Origin: a virus
Virus record (IMG/VR): IMGVR_UViG_3300023179_000069
Span: 18,472-82,471 of that record
DNA: 64,000 bases
Direction: 5' to 3' (one strand)
Part shown: positions 1 through 9,638 of the stretch, piece after piece
Layout of the letters: each line of letters starts with the position of its first letter
How positions within the stretch are numbered: position 1 is the stretch's first letter
Translations under genes and position numbers: made by a program
Notes under the pieces: generated by a model
What the model was told of the DNA's origin: nothing
Databases searched by the model: none
What the model saw: the letters and a program-made list of their open reading frames with translations, nothing else

Positions 1-1
1 A

Positions 2-3000
2 CATCTTAAAGATGTAAAAGAAAGAGCATTAGATGCCGATGCCGCGTTTAAAGAATCTTTTACAATTCCAAAAGATGAAGCCGCTGCCCTAGGAATTAAA
101 TTAAAAGATTTAAGTAAAGTTATAAGTTATGCAGGAAAAGATACAGATAAAGCAAAAACATCAATTGACATATATGCACAATCTATTTTGCAACAAGCAG
201 AATCCAGCGACAGCATGAAAAGATTTCTTAAAACAATTAAAAATGCAGGAGATGACCCAGAAAAATTAAATAAAATATTAAATGATAGATATCAAACAGA
301 AATCATGCTTGGTCAAACAATGCAAGATGCAACTACTCATGTTTTAGCATTTGCTCAAGTTACAGGAACTGCTTTTAATGCTTCTAGCCTTAATAAAATG
401 AGTCCAGTGCAAATATTACTCAAAGCAAATAAAGAAAATCTTGGATCATTTGTAGCATCATCATTACAAAATCCAAATTCATCAACAGATCAATTGCAAA
501 CATTATTTAAAGCCGGAGGAGTTACACAAAGACGAGATTTTGTTCCACAATTGATAAAATCTTTAAAAGATGTGGTTGCTCCAGAAACATATACTAGGCT
601 TATGACAAATGAAGGTTCCATATCTGGCAAAAATGTATATAGACTTGGTTCTGGTATTGAACAGATGCAGGCTGGTTTCTTAAATGAAAGTCAATTTGTA
701 AAATTTATGCAAAGTGATAAATATGCTACAGATGCAATGAAAATTTTTGCTCAAAGACAAACTGATATTACAAATATTAATTCTGACATACAAAAACAAA
801 TTAATAAACTTTCTGGTGTTACAAATTTAGAAGATCAAAAATCAGCAAAAGAAAAACTTATTAAAACACATGAAAATGAAATAAAAGTAAATAATAAAAA
901 AATCTCTCAAGAACAAAAAATGATGGAAGCAAGAAATAAAGAATATGAAGCTCTTAACAAATCAATTGAACAACAACAAGAAATAAATCAATTAAATGCT
1001 GATGTGTCAAAAGCAAAAGCCGGTGGAAATTTAATTGATATTGCAATGGCTGAACAAGCAAGAATTTCCGGACTTTCAAAAATAGACAGAGAAAGAGCAA
1101 AAGATGCAGCAGATGCCAAAAATCAAGCTGTTATTGAAAAATTAACAAATAAAAATGAAACTCTTACAACATCTATTGATAATTTAAATACACAAATTCA
1201 AGCAATAGATGAAAAAATTGCAAAAGGTGTCGGAACAGGTAATAAAAAAGTTGAAGAAGCAATTATAAATCTTCAAAATATTCAACAGGCTGCTTCTATA
1301 GACGCATTTACACCGGAGGCCTTCCGAAATTGGCAAAAACAAAATCCATTACAAAAGCTGGGAGAATTTCCTTCAATAGATGCTTATCTTAGAAGTTTAG
1401 GAATTTCAACTAGCGGAGTTAATACAAAAGCAATTTCAGCAGTAATTGGTGGTCGAACTGCTCCAACAGCAACAGCTTTGTCGGGAACAGCAGAAAGCAA
1501 AAAAATACAATATTACATGTATATTGATGAATCTTATCAACAACAATATGTTGCTCAAAAGGGTGGCGTATGGTATCCTGCACAATATTCAACAGCCAAT
1601 AATCGCTTATATATTGCTCAAGGAGCCAAACCTTTATCAAATACAATAATTTCTAAAATAAAAAATACTTTAACCCCTTGGCAAAATAAAGCAGACGGAG
1701 GATACATTTCCGGTCCCGGAGGTCCAACATCAGATTCAATTCCTGTCAGATTATCCAATGGAGAATATGTAGTAAAAGCAGATTCTGTTAACAAATATGG
1801 AACGGAATTTCTTGATTCAGTTAATGCAGGTAAATATGCAGAAGGCGGTATTGTAAAAGAAGACACTTCTCCATTAGATAAAATATTAAAAAATCCACCT
1901 TCTAAATTCAGCGGCAGAAATTATCCAAGACCTGCTAATCCTATGACTAATGATTCTAGTTATTTAAATAAAGCATATCAAATTTATAAAAAAATTCCAT
2001 ATTCAGAATCTAAAATGGGGCTAAGCACAGGACTCGGTTGTTCTCCCTTCACATCGTTTCTTTATTCACTTTTTGGTTATGATATTTCTGGAAATGCAAA
2101 TCAACAAGCAAGATTAAAAAATGGCAGCCTTGATATTTTAAATGCTAAAAATTTAAAATCTGGAGATTTAATTTTAATAGCTTTTCCCGCTTTTAAAAAA
2201 GTTGATGAAAAAGAAATAAATGAAAGTATCAATGATTATTTAAAAATGATGAACAAAATAAATCGTAGCAATAAATCTGAGGTTTCAAAAAAACACTGGA
2301 CAGAATATTATTCAAGAAGAATTGAAAACTTGAAATCAAGATTAAAAAAGGGTTACGAAGTTGACCCATATGAATTGCCTATGGGAGTGAATCTAGATTC
2401 ATTAAAAAATATAAAAGATGAGTTTGATTCAAATTCGTTTTTTCATGCAAAAACTTGGAAGCCATATATAATGTCAGATCCATACAGTAAAAGAAAAGAT
2501 AAATCTGGTAATTATATTTCTACATGGTTAGATCCAAATGCCAAGAAAGAAAAGGGCTGGAAAAGATTTAAAGATAAATCTAGAAGATTTAAAGATTATG
2601 AATTTCATCATTCAGCAATAATTTCTAAAGTTTTTAATTCATCCATGAACAGACATTCCTTAGCTTCTCTAATTGAAGCAGGCACCGATGGTCATATGGA
2701 AGATGTAGGCGCTTGGATTGGAGAGCAACAATGGAATAACTCTCCATTAGTTTTTGATGATGGAACTATTGCAAATTTCTTAGCAGTAAAAAGATTCTTT
2801 GGCACATCATATCCTAGAAAAAAAATAGATCCAAATAATTATCCGAAAGGAACTGTGAAATTTGCCGATGGTGGACATATAACAGGACCCGGAAGCACAA
2901 CATCAGATTCAATTCCAGCCATGCTTTCAAATGGTGAGTATGTAGTTCGTGCATCATCTGTAGCTAAATATGGTGCAGATTTTATGAATTCTATTAATGA

Positions 3001-3247
3001 AGGAAAATATGGATTTGCAATGGGTGGGCTAGTGCCATCTAAGTTTTATGTTCCATCCATGAATACATCTGTTGCAAAATTTGCTGAAGGCGGCTTAGTT
3101 GATGGTGGTTCATATAATATTAATATAACTGTAAATGCATCTACAATGTCTTCTGCAGATGAAATAGCATCTGCAATTAAAAAAGAATTTGGTAAAATAG
3201 AAATTAAGAAACAAATGATGTCTACATCTAGAACGGTGACTGTATAA
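2..3247 (+). CDS. Tape measure protein, 3' part, with NlpC/P60-like domain
   Basis: Frame open from window start. Coiled coil, two ADGGxIxGPGxxTSDSIP-LSNGEYVV repeats, GLGCSPF..GDLI..HHSAI between them; tail genes follow. Confidence 0.85.
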   Translation, partial: HLKDVKERALDADAAFKESFTIPKDEAAALGIKLKDLSKVISYAGKDTDKAKTSIDIYAQSILQQAESSDSMKRFLKTIKNAGDDPEKLNKILNDRYQTEIMLGQTMQDATTHVLAFAQVTGTAFNASSLNKMSPVQILLKANKENLGSFVASSLQNPNSSTDQLQTLFKAGGVTQRRDFVPQLIKSLKDVVAPETYTRLMTNEGSISGKNVYRLGSGIEQMQAGFLNESQFVKFMQSDKYATDAMKIFAQRQTDITNINSDIQKQINKLSGVTNLEDQKSAKEKLIKTHENEIKVNNKKISQEQKMMEARNKEYEALNKSIEQQQEINQLNADVSKAKAGGNLIDIAMAEQARISGLSKIDRERAKDAADAKNQAVIEKLTNKNETLTTSIDNLNTQIQAIDEKIAKGVGTGNKKVEEAIINLQNIQQAASIDAFTPEAFRNWQKQNPLQKLGEFPSIDAYLRSLGISTSGVNTKAISAVIGGRTAPTATALSGTAESKKIQYYMYIDESYQQQYVAQKGGVWYPAQYSTANNRLYIAQGAKPLSNTIISKIKNTLTPWQNKADGGYISGPGGPTSDSIPVRLSNGEYVVKADSVNKYGTEFLDSVNAGKYAEGGIVKEDTSPLDKILKNPPSKFSGRNYPRPANPMTNDSSYLNKAYQIYKKIPYSESKMGLSTGLGCSPFTSFLYSLFGYDISGNANQQARLKNGSLDILNAKNLKSGDLILIAFPAFKKVDEKEINESINDYLKMMNKINRSNKSEVSKKHWTEYYSRRIENLKSRLKKGYEVDPYELPMGVNLDSLKNIKDEFDSNSFFHAKTWKPYIMSDPYSKRKDKSGNYISTWLDPNAKKEKGWKRFKDKSRRFKDYEFHHSAIISKVFNSSMNRHSLASLIEAGTDGHMEDVGAWIGEQQWNNSPLVFDDGTIANFLAVKRFFGTSYPRKKIDPNNYPKGTVKFADGGHITGPGSTTSDSIPAMLSNGEYVVRASSVAKYGADFMNSINEGKYGFAMGGLVPSKFYVPSMNTSVAKFAEGGLVDGGSYNINITVNASTMSSADEIASAIKKEFGKIEIKKQMMSTSRTVTV

Positions 3248-3882
3248 TGGCATGGCCTATTGGTTCAGGAATTAGTATTGGAGTATTTCCAAGTAATAGT
3301 ATTTCTAATCCCCCCGCTGCTTCAGCGGCGGGATGGTATGATTTGACAGATCACAATAGACAATCAATAAACATTAGTTTTGAGCCAATTCAAAGAGAAA
3401 AAAGAATGGCAAATGGTTATATGAGAAAATATGTCATTGCACAAAAAAGAAATGTTTCTGTAAATTGGGACATGGTTCCATCGGTAGCATCTGTTCAAAC
3501 ACAAATAATTACAGGTTCATCAGGATTGGGAAATGTTATTTCTAATCTTACAGTAGATGGAAGAGCGGGCGGGGCTTGGCTAAAAGAATTCTATGAAAAT
3601 AATGTATTCATTCCCATCTGGATTAAAATAACACATTCAACAGCATCTTCTACTGGTAACTATACAAATGGTTTTATTCCCACCGCTTCTGTCTATACAA
3701 GTTTAATGAATAGTGCATCTTACTTTTCCTATCCGACAGTTTCAAGCAATATTGGAAAACCTTTACTTCCTAAACAACCAGAAATATTCTTTGGATATAT
3801 GACAGATTTTTCATATAATGTTCAAAAGCGTTTTAAATATACCGATTATGTTGATATGGGAATAAGGATAACTGAAATATGA
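3247..3882 (+). CDS. Minor (distal-tail-like) tail protein
   Basis: Directly after tape measure; LTDHNR and RMANGYMRKY motifs. Confidence 0.65.
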   Translation: MAWPIGSGISIGVFPSNSISNPPAASAAGWYDLTDHNRQSINISFEPIQREKRMANGYMRKYVIAQKRNVSVNWDMVPSVASVQTQIITGSSGLGNVISNLTVDGRAGGAWLKEFYENNVFIPIWIKITHSTASSTGNYTNGFIPTASVYTSLMNSASYFSYPTVSSNIGKPLLPKQPEIFFGYMTDFSYNVQKRFKYTDYVDMGIRITEI

Positions 3883-6800
3883 TAGGTACATCAACAGATA
3901 AGAATTTTTTTTACAATCAAAATGCAATTGAAATAAAATCAAATGTATGGATGGAGTGGAACTATAACACCATTATTCAACCATTTGTTGTTGCATCAAC
4001 ATATAATAAACCAGAATATATTGGGCCAGATAGTGGATGGTCAGCCACTAACTCATCAATATCCAATGGAGTATCTTCTAAAATTTCAAGAAATCAAGCA
4101 AGGGCAATACCAACATCAGACTATAATTGGAATGCAAGGTCAAATGGATCGAACACAGTAACTAATTTTCAAATTAATGGAAATTATTCAGATATAGCTT
4201 CTTATACTCATTCATTTTCAACTATAAAGCCAGCCGGATATTATAAAATAGTTTTTTACGCCAAAGGCAAATTGCCAATTGTAAGTGGAAACTTAGGAAA
4301 TGTAACAACTACAACCGCTACATACGCCGGTTCAGCAGGTACAAGTTCTGCTGTGTATGCCGTTCAAGCAGTAGGAAGATATGGACAACTTGCAAATATT
4401 TTAAATGCTAATCAATATGAATTAAAAAATATAAATGCTATTTCAGCTACAAATCCAGTACAAGTAACTTGGACCGGAGTTGAAGGAGCAATAGGATACA
4501 ATATATATAGAAAAGCAGTCAATACTTCTAAAAAATATGATACATTCGCCTATCTTGGAACAGTTCAAAATTCAACTACTACTTATTCCGATAAAGCAAC
4601 TACCATTGATCCTTTTGCCAATGTTAATGTAATTGAACAAAATATTATTAATTTTACTCCACGCATTTCTTTAAAAGAAGAATTGGATAATTTAATTCCA
4701 TTTAGATATGATACATATTCATCTGATATAAATAATGGCGGACTGATTGAAGGAGAAAAAACAATTAGATTAGATGGAATAGACTGGCAAAAAATAGAAA
4801 TATACATTTACTCTCAGCAAGATTTCAAAAAAATTAATTTTGATTTTATGATAAACTCTTTCTTCTTAGAACCAACAGTTCAAGTAAGTCCAATGTGGAT
4901 ATATGAAATTTCTGAATCAGATTATTATAATAGAAAATATTTTCCATTAGAATCAATATTTTCGGGTAAAAGGCCCGGAGAAGCACTTTTAAACCCATTC
5001 ATAAACAATTTTGACAATAGTGATAATTTTAATTATTACAGAGATGTTTCTAGTGTAGATACTGCTTATAGTAGAAGAAAATTATCATATTCTTTTATGA
5101 ATGTTTCTAATATTTATGAACAGGCAACAGATCAAAGCGGAATGTTTCAAATTATTCCTGATAGAGAAAGCAAGTATAAATATTATATTTCTGATATTTC
5201 CGGCGACGACAAAGGAATTTCTGCTTATTACGATCAATACCTATCAGTAAATAAAATATACATTAAGACAAATAATGTATTTTCTCAATATTCAACTGCA
5301 TTAAATACATCTTCTTTTACAATTTATTTTAATAAATCAGATGGAACAGCATCTTCATATTTATACACAAACGCTTTAAATTTTGATTCAAATGGCATAT
5401 CAGTATTTTATTATAAAGACAACACTTGGTACAACACATCTGGAAGCGCATTTAGTGCATGCATTCAATATGCAGCATCTGTAAATTCTACAGCCAACGG
5501 CGGCTGGCTACCCCCAACAATAGGAAATAATGGGCAAATAGATTCTGCACAAATTCTTACTCAAATGACTGGCCTAGCATTTAAATATGATACTAAATCA
5601 TTAATGGGCGAAACCGAAGATAATAGATTACACCTAGTAGAAATATCACCAAGACTTGAAATAGACATTACAGATTATGTTGAATCATATAATATTTCAA
5701 AAGAAATGTCGAATGAAGATTCAGGAAATGATTTCCCATTAGGATTTATCACATCAAATTCTGGTGAAATTGTTATAAATAATTTTCCAGTGTACTATAA
5801 CAATAAACCATTTTCTATTTTTGAAAATAGAAATTCACAAACATTTTTATATGATCTATTGACTCAAAATGTAAAATTTACGGGATATTTTAGATCAACA
5901 GTTGATAGAGCAGATTTTACAAAAATTATTCCATCTTTTGTTATGTATGCAGAAAATTGGTCAGCGGAAGACATTAATAATCTTACTGTTACTATTTTTG
6001 ATGCCATGAAACCATATTTACAATCTAATGAATCTGCTCAATATGTGGCTTCATCCGAAAGTCTTGATACCGTTATTAATCATCTTTTTGCAATTTCTGG
6101 ATTTAGTGATTATAGTAGAGCTGAATTAAATAAAGTATGTAAAAATAAAACACAATCAGGGTACTTCTGGACAGAAGAATCAAAAACAGTTGCTCAATGT
6201 TTACAGGAATTATTTATATCAAATCAAATAGGATGCTATTTAGATGAAACAGGATTTATGAGATTTATTGATATAGATTCAATTATTGATAAAAAAATAA
6301 ATGATAGTTTAACAACAAATTTTGATATTTCAGATATAAAATCTTCAAACTTTCCTTACTTGCCAAACCTTATAGATAATTCATATCAAGAAACATTAGG
6401 TACAACAATTGGAAAAATTATTATAAATTATAGACTTCCAAATTCTTTTACAAGTCCCGCTGTTTTGCCAAATCAAAGTTCTTTTTCAGAACAATTAAAA
6501 AACATCTCTGGTGTGTTTTCTGAAGAATCTAATTTAGCATTAGGTCATACTCTTTTAAGCGCAAGTTTTTCAAGTTCAGATCTTGATCTTCAAATTAATA
6601 ATACATATCTTGAAAAACCAAGAAATAATCCGGGAACGCAAACGGGAGACTTCTTTGTTGGTTGTGAAGCAGTAAAATTAGATGGGCATAAATATTCATT
6701 TGTAGTATCAGGAAGTCCCGGATATAATTTCCAAAAAATAATTAGATATGATTCTGATATCAATAATGCAGTACAAGAAGTTGTGGGTCAATTTGGCAAG

Positions 6801-8342
6801 TTGGGTTCTAATGTAAAATATTCTCCAACTGGTTATTTCCCATCAGTAATTCGTGGATGCTATGGAACTGCAGTATTGGATCATCCAATAATTAAAGATA
6901 ATAATGCATCTACATATTTTACAAAATATCCTAATGCAACTTTTAAAAAGGGTGCTTGTGAAATAACCCTATCCGATGGTACAAGTTTTATTGTTCCAAA
7001 TTTGAGTGCAAAATTAACTAATTCCGGCAACACGGGAATTCATAATCATTTTTCTTTTACATTTCAAGCGTTGGATACAAATTCTAAATCTGGCGCGGTA
7101 GGAATTGCATATTATTATGATCCAGACAATTCAAATAGTGATTATTTATTATTTTTAATTGAAAAAAATATTGGTTCTGACAATAAAGAACAAAGTTCAA
7201 AATTTTATATTAAAACAAAAATTAATGGAAAGGTTAAACTTATTTCATTAAACAATTCATTGCCATTTATTTCATTGCAAAAAAAATTATTTGATAAAAA
7301 TGAACATAGATTTTCAATATGGCTAAATGACAATGAAATAATAATTAGAACAGATGATAGTAGTAGTGTAATAAAAGTAAAAGTTGATAAAAGCTTATAT
7401 TCAGTATATAATGGATCTTACAAGCCAGCATTTTTCTTTTCTACGCAAAACGCTTACGGCACAAGCTTAGATAAAAAATCACAATCTATAAGATTTAAAG
7501 AATTTTATGCAGCAGACTGGCCCAAGATTTTAAAACCTAAAGAATCTGGAATTTTTGATTTAAAAAATAATCCAAAATATCATATTCAAACTGAAACATT
7601 TTTATCAAATATTATGAAAGGTGTTAATAATGAGCCAGCCTATTATTTGTGGCAAGATTATCCTAAATTGATCGGCATGAAAGCATACAAAAATGAAAAA
7701 TTTCAATCTGCACCAGCCCTGAATGAAATAATTCAATCAGATTTTAATGGATATTCGATGGGCTGGACAAAATCATCTTTAACTCAAGATCCTGTTTTAA
7801 GTGTAGGAAGTAAAGCTTTGGCAACATCTATAATTGAATCTTATCCCTTTATGTTTAGTCAAATGCTTGTTAATAATACAAGCCCACTAAATAGATTTAG
7901 AACGGTTATTTTTTTAAAAGCTAATGGAGATAGTGTTCCGGGAGAAGAAGGAAACTCAATTTCAGTAAGTCCATATCAAATAAGAAGCCAAAGATTATTT
8001 TTTACATCTGATAAAAAGTATGAAAGAGTTATTGATTTCAACCATATTAATAATAGTATTGTTATGAATACTAGATGGATTCAAAGTGAAAAAGATGCAA
8101 AACAATTAACCAAAAAGATTTCTGCAATTCTTCCACAATTTAATTCTACCTTACAGCTCGAAATATTTGGTAATCCATTATTACAAGTTGGAGATGTCGT
8201 TGGACTATGGTATTCATTAAAAAATTTAGGATTTGATGCTAATGGCAATTCAGCAGATTCTTTAAAATATTTAGTTGTTGGAGTAAGACAATTTTGGGAT
8301 GGGGGGCTGAATACACAATTATCATTGAAACCCATAAAATGA
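3879..8342 (+). CDS. Large minor tail / baseplate hub protein
   Basis: 1487 aa; FN3-like segment (VTWTGVEGAIGYNIYR); C-terminal FGNPLLQVGDVV hub-like motif. Confidence 0.7.
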   Translation: MIGTSTDKNFFYNQNAIEIKSNVWMEWNYNTIIQPFVVASTYNKPEYIGPDSGWSATNSSISNGVSSKISRNQARAIPTSDYNWNARSNGSNTVTNFQINGNYSDIASYTHSFSTIKPAGYYKIVFYAKGKLPIVSGNLGNVTTTTATYAGSAGTSSAVYAVQAVGRYGQLANILNANQYELKNINAISATNPVQVTWTGVEGAIGYNIYRKAVNTSKKYDTFAYLGTVQNSTTTYSDKATTIDPFANVNVIEQNIINFTPRISLKEELDNLIPFRYDTYSSDINNGGLIEGEKTIRLDGIDWQKIEIYIYSQQDFKKINFDFMINSFFLEPTVQVSPMWIYEISESDYYNRKYFPLESIFSGKRPGEALLNPFINNFDNSDNFNYYRDVSSVDTAYSRRKLSYSFMNVSNIYEQATDQSGMFQIIPDRESKYKYYISDISGDDKGISAYYDQYLSVNKIYIKTNNVFSQYSTALNTSSFTIYFNKSDGTASSYLYTNALNFDSNGISVFYYKDNTWYNTSGSAFSACIQYAASVNSTANGGWLPPTIGNNGQIDSAQILTQMTGLAFKYDTKSLMGETEDNRLHLVEISPRLEIDITDYVESYNISKEMSNEDSGNDFPLGFITSNSGEIVINNFPVYYNNKPFSIFENRNSQTFLYDLLTQNVKFTGYFRSTVDRADFTKIIPSFVMYAENWSAEDINNLTVTIFDAMKPYLQSNESAQYVASSESLDTVINHLFAISGFSDYSRAELNKVCKNKTQSGYFWTEESKTVAQCLQELFISNQIGCYLDETGFMRFIDIDSIIDKKINDSLTTNFDISDIKSSNFPYLPNLIDNSYQETLGTTIGKIIINYRLPNSFTSPAVLPNQSSFSEQLKNISGVFSEESNLALGHTLLSASFSSSDLDLQINNTYLEKPRNNPGTQTGDFFVGCEAVKLDGHKYSFVVSGSPGYNFQKIIRYDSDINNAVQEVVGQFGKLGSNVKYSPTGYFPSVIRGCYGTAVLDHPIIKDNNASTYFTKYPNATFKKGACEITLSDGTSFIVPNLSAKLTNSGNTGIHNHFSFTFQALDTNSKSGAVGIAYYYDPDNSNSDYLLFLIEKNIGSDNKEQSSKFYIKTKINGKVKLISLNNSLPFISLQKKLFDKNEHRFSIWLNDNEIIIRTDDSSSVIKVKVDKSLYSVYNGSYKPAFFFSTQNAYGTSLDKKSQSIRFKEFYAADWPKILKPKESGIFDLKNNPKYHIQTETFLSNIMKGVNNEPAYYLWQDYPKLIGMKAYKNEKFQSAPALNEIIQSDFNGYSMGWTKSSLTQDPVLSVGSKALATSIIESYPFMFSQMLVNNTSPLNRFRTVIFLKANGDSVPGEEGNSISVSPYQIRSQRLFFTSDKKYERVIDFNHINNSIVMNTRWIQSEKDAKQLTKKISAILPQFNSTLQLEIFGNPLLQVGDVVGLWYSLKNLGFDANGNSADSLKYLVVGVRQFWDGGLNTQLSLKPIK

Positions 8343-8358
8343 TATAATGTGAATAATC

Positions 8359-8742
8359 ATGTCAACATATAATATACCAAATCCAGATAAATATATTAAT
8401 CCTAATACGGTCAATTTTACTAAATTTATTAAAATTTTTGCAGATGACCCTAGGAATAATCCCGCATTTTTATCTGCTAATCCCAATGTTGTTGTTATTG
8501 ATGTACCATATGATCCTGATAATGAAAACAATGTATTCTATGATGATTATGATATAGATTTTGATAATACAAACTCAGATAATTCAAATAGTACAACCAT
8601 TGAATCTCCTAAAAATTTATCAATTGGTAATTTTGAAACAAAAATTTCTAATGATGGTAATGTTTACTATACCGCAACTCTAACATTTGATGATATAGAT
8701 TATGCTGTGGATTATGAATATGTTTTGGAGATTTCACAATGA
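8359..8742 (+). CDS. Putative virion protein with Ig/FN3-like C-terminus
   Basis: In tail module; preceded by TGATATAAT. Confidence 0.5.
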   Translation: MSTYNIPNPDKYINPNTVNFTKFIKIFADDPRNNPAFLSANPNVVVIDVPYDPDNENNVFYDDYDIDFDNTNSDNSNSTTIESPKNLSIGNFETKISNDGNVYYTATLTFDDIDYAVDYEYVLEISQ

Positions 8743-9638
8743 TAAATGGATATTATGTATTAAAATCAGGTGAAGATTTTGTTGCAAGTTCTAAAAATGT
8801 CATTACAACAAATGGTTATTTAATGATGAATAAATATCTTGCCAATTCTACACAAGATTGGTCGGCGGGAATAGCAATTGGAGTATTAAATAGAAATTCT
8901 GCCTCAGCATCAGATACAGCACTAGAATATGAAATAGCAAGATATCCAGTAACATTAAAATCATATAGAACAATAAGTGGTTCAAATCAAATTTTACTTA
9001 AAGCAACAGTAGATCCAACATTATCAGCATCAATTACTGAAATAGGAGTTTTTCCATCAATCGTGATTGGAAAAGATCAGTATATAGTTAGTGATTTTTC
9101 TGAAAGTTCTAATTCAATTAATACATGGACAGCATCAGGCTCTACAAGTTCATTGCAATTTGCCCCATATTCAAGATATGGCGCAAGCAACACATTCTTT
9201 TTTGCTTCTAATAGTTTTCTTGTTAATAACAATATTTCTTTTGATATGTCTCAATATGTTTATACAGATTATGCAGATCTTCTTATCTATACCCCTGCAA
9301 GTTCATCGGGAACATTTCAAATTTCCTTCGGAGATGTAAATGGAAATATTTGGAGAAGTGGGTCAGGAACAGCTAGCATTTCCGGTGCAGGATATTATTC
9401 AGTAAAAATGCCATTAAGTGGTTCATATAACTCTTCTTTTAATTATTCTATTAATTCAGTATCAATTAGTTTTTTGACAACATCAACTGCTAGTTTACAT
9501 TTTGATGCGCTTAAATTTATATCCGGAGATGTAAAACCAGAAACTTTAAAATTAACAAGTAGAAGCATTTTTAGTACACCAATTGCTAAAATTGCTAATC
9601 AACCAATGCAATTAGAATATTATATGCAGGTGACTTAA
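8739..9638 (+). CDS. Tail/baseplate protein
   Basis: KNVITTNG..IAIG..ITEIGVF tail-collar-like motifs. Confidence 0.6.
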   Translation: MINGYYVLKSGEDFVASSKNVITTNGYLMMNKYLANSTQDWSAGIAIGVLNRNSASASDTALEYEIARYPVTLKSYRTISGSNQILLKATVDPTLSASITEIGVFPSIVIGKDQYIVSDFSESSNSINTWTASGSTSSLQFAPYSRYGASNTFFFASNSFLVNNNISFDMSQYVYTDYADLLIYTPASSSGTFQISFGDVNGNIWRSGSGTASISGAGYYSVKMPLSGSYNSSFNYSINSVSISFLTTSTASLHFDALKFISGDVKPETLKLTSRSIFSTPIAKIANQPMQLEYYMQVT

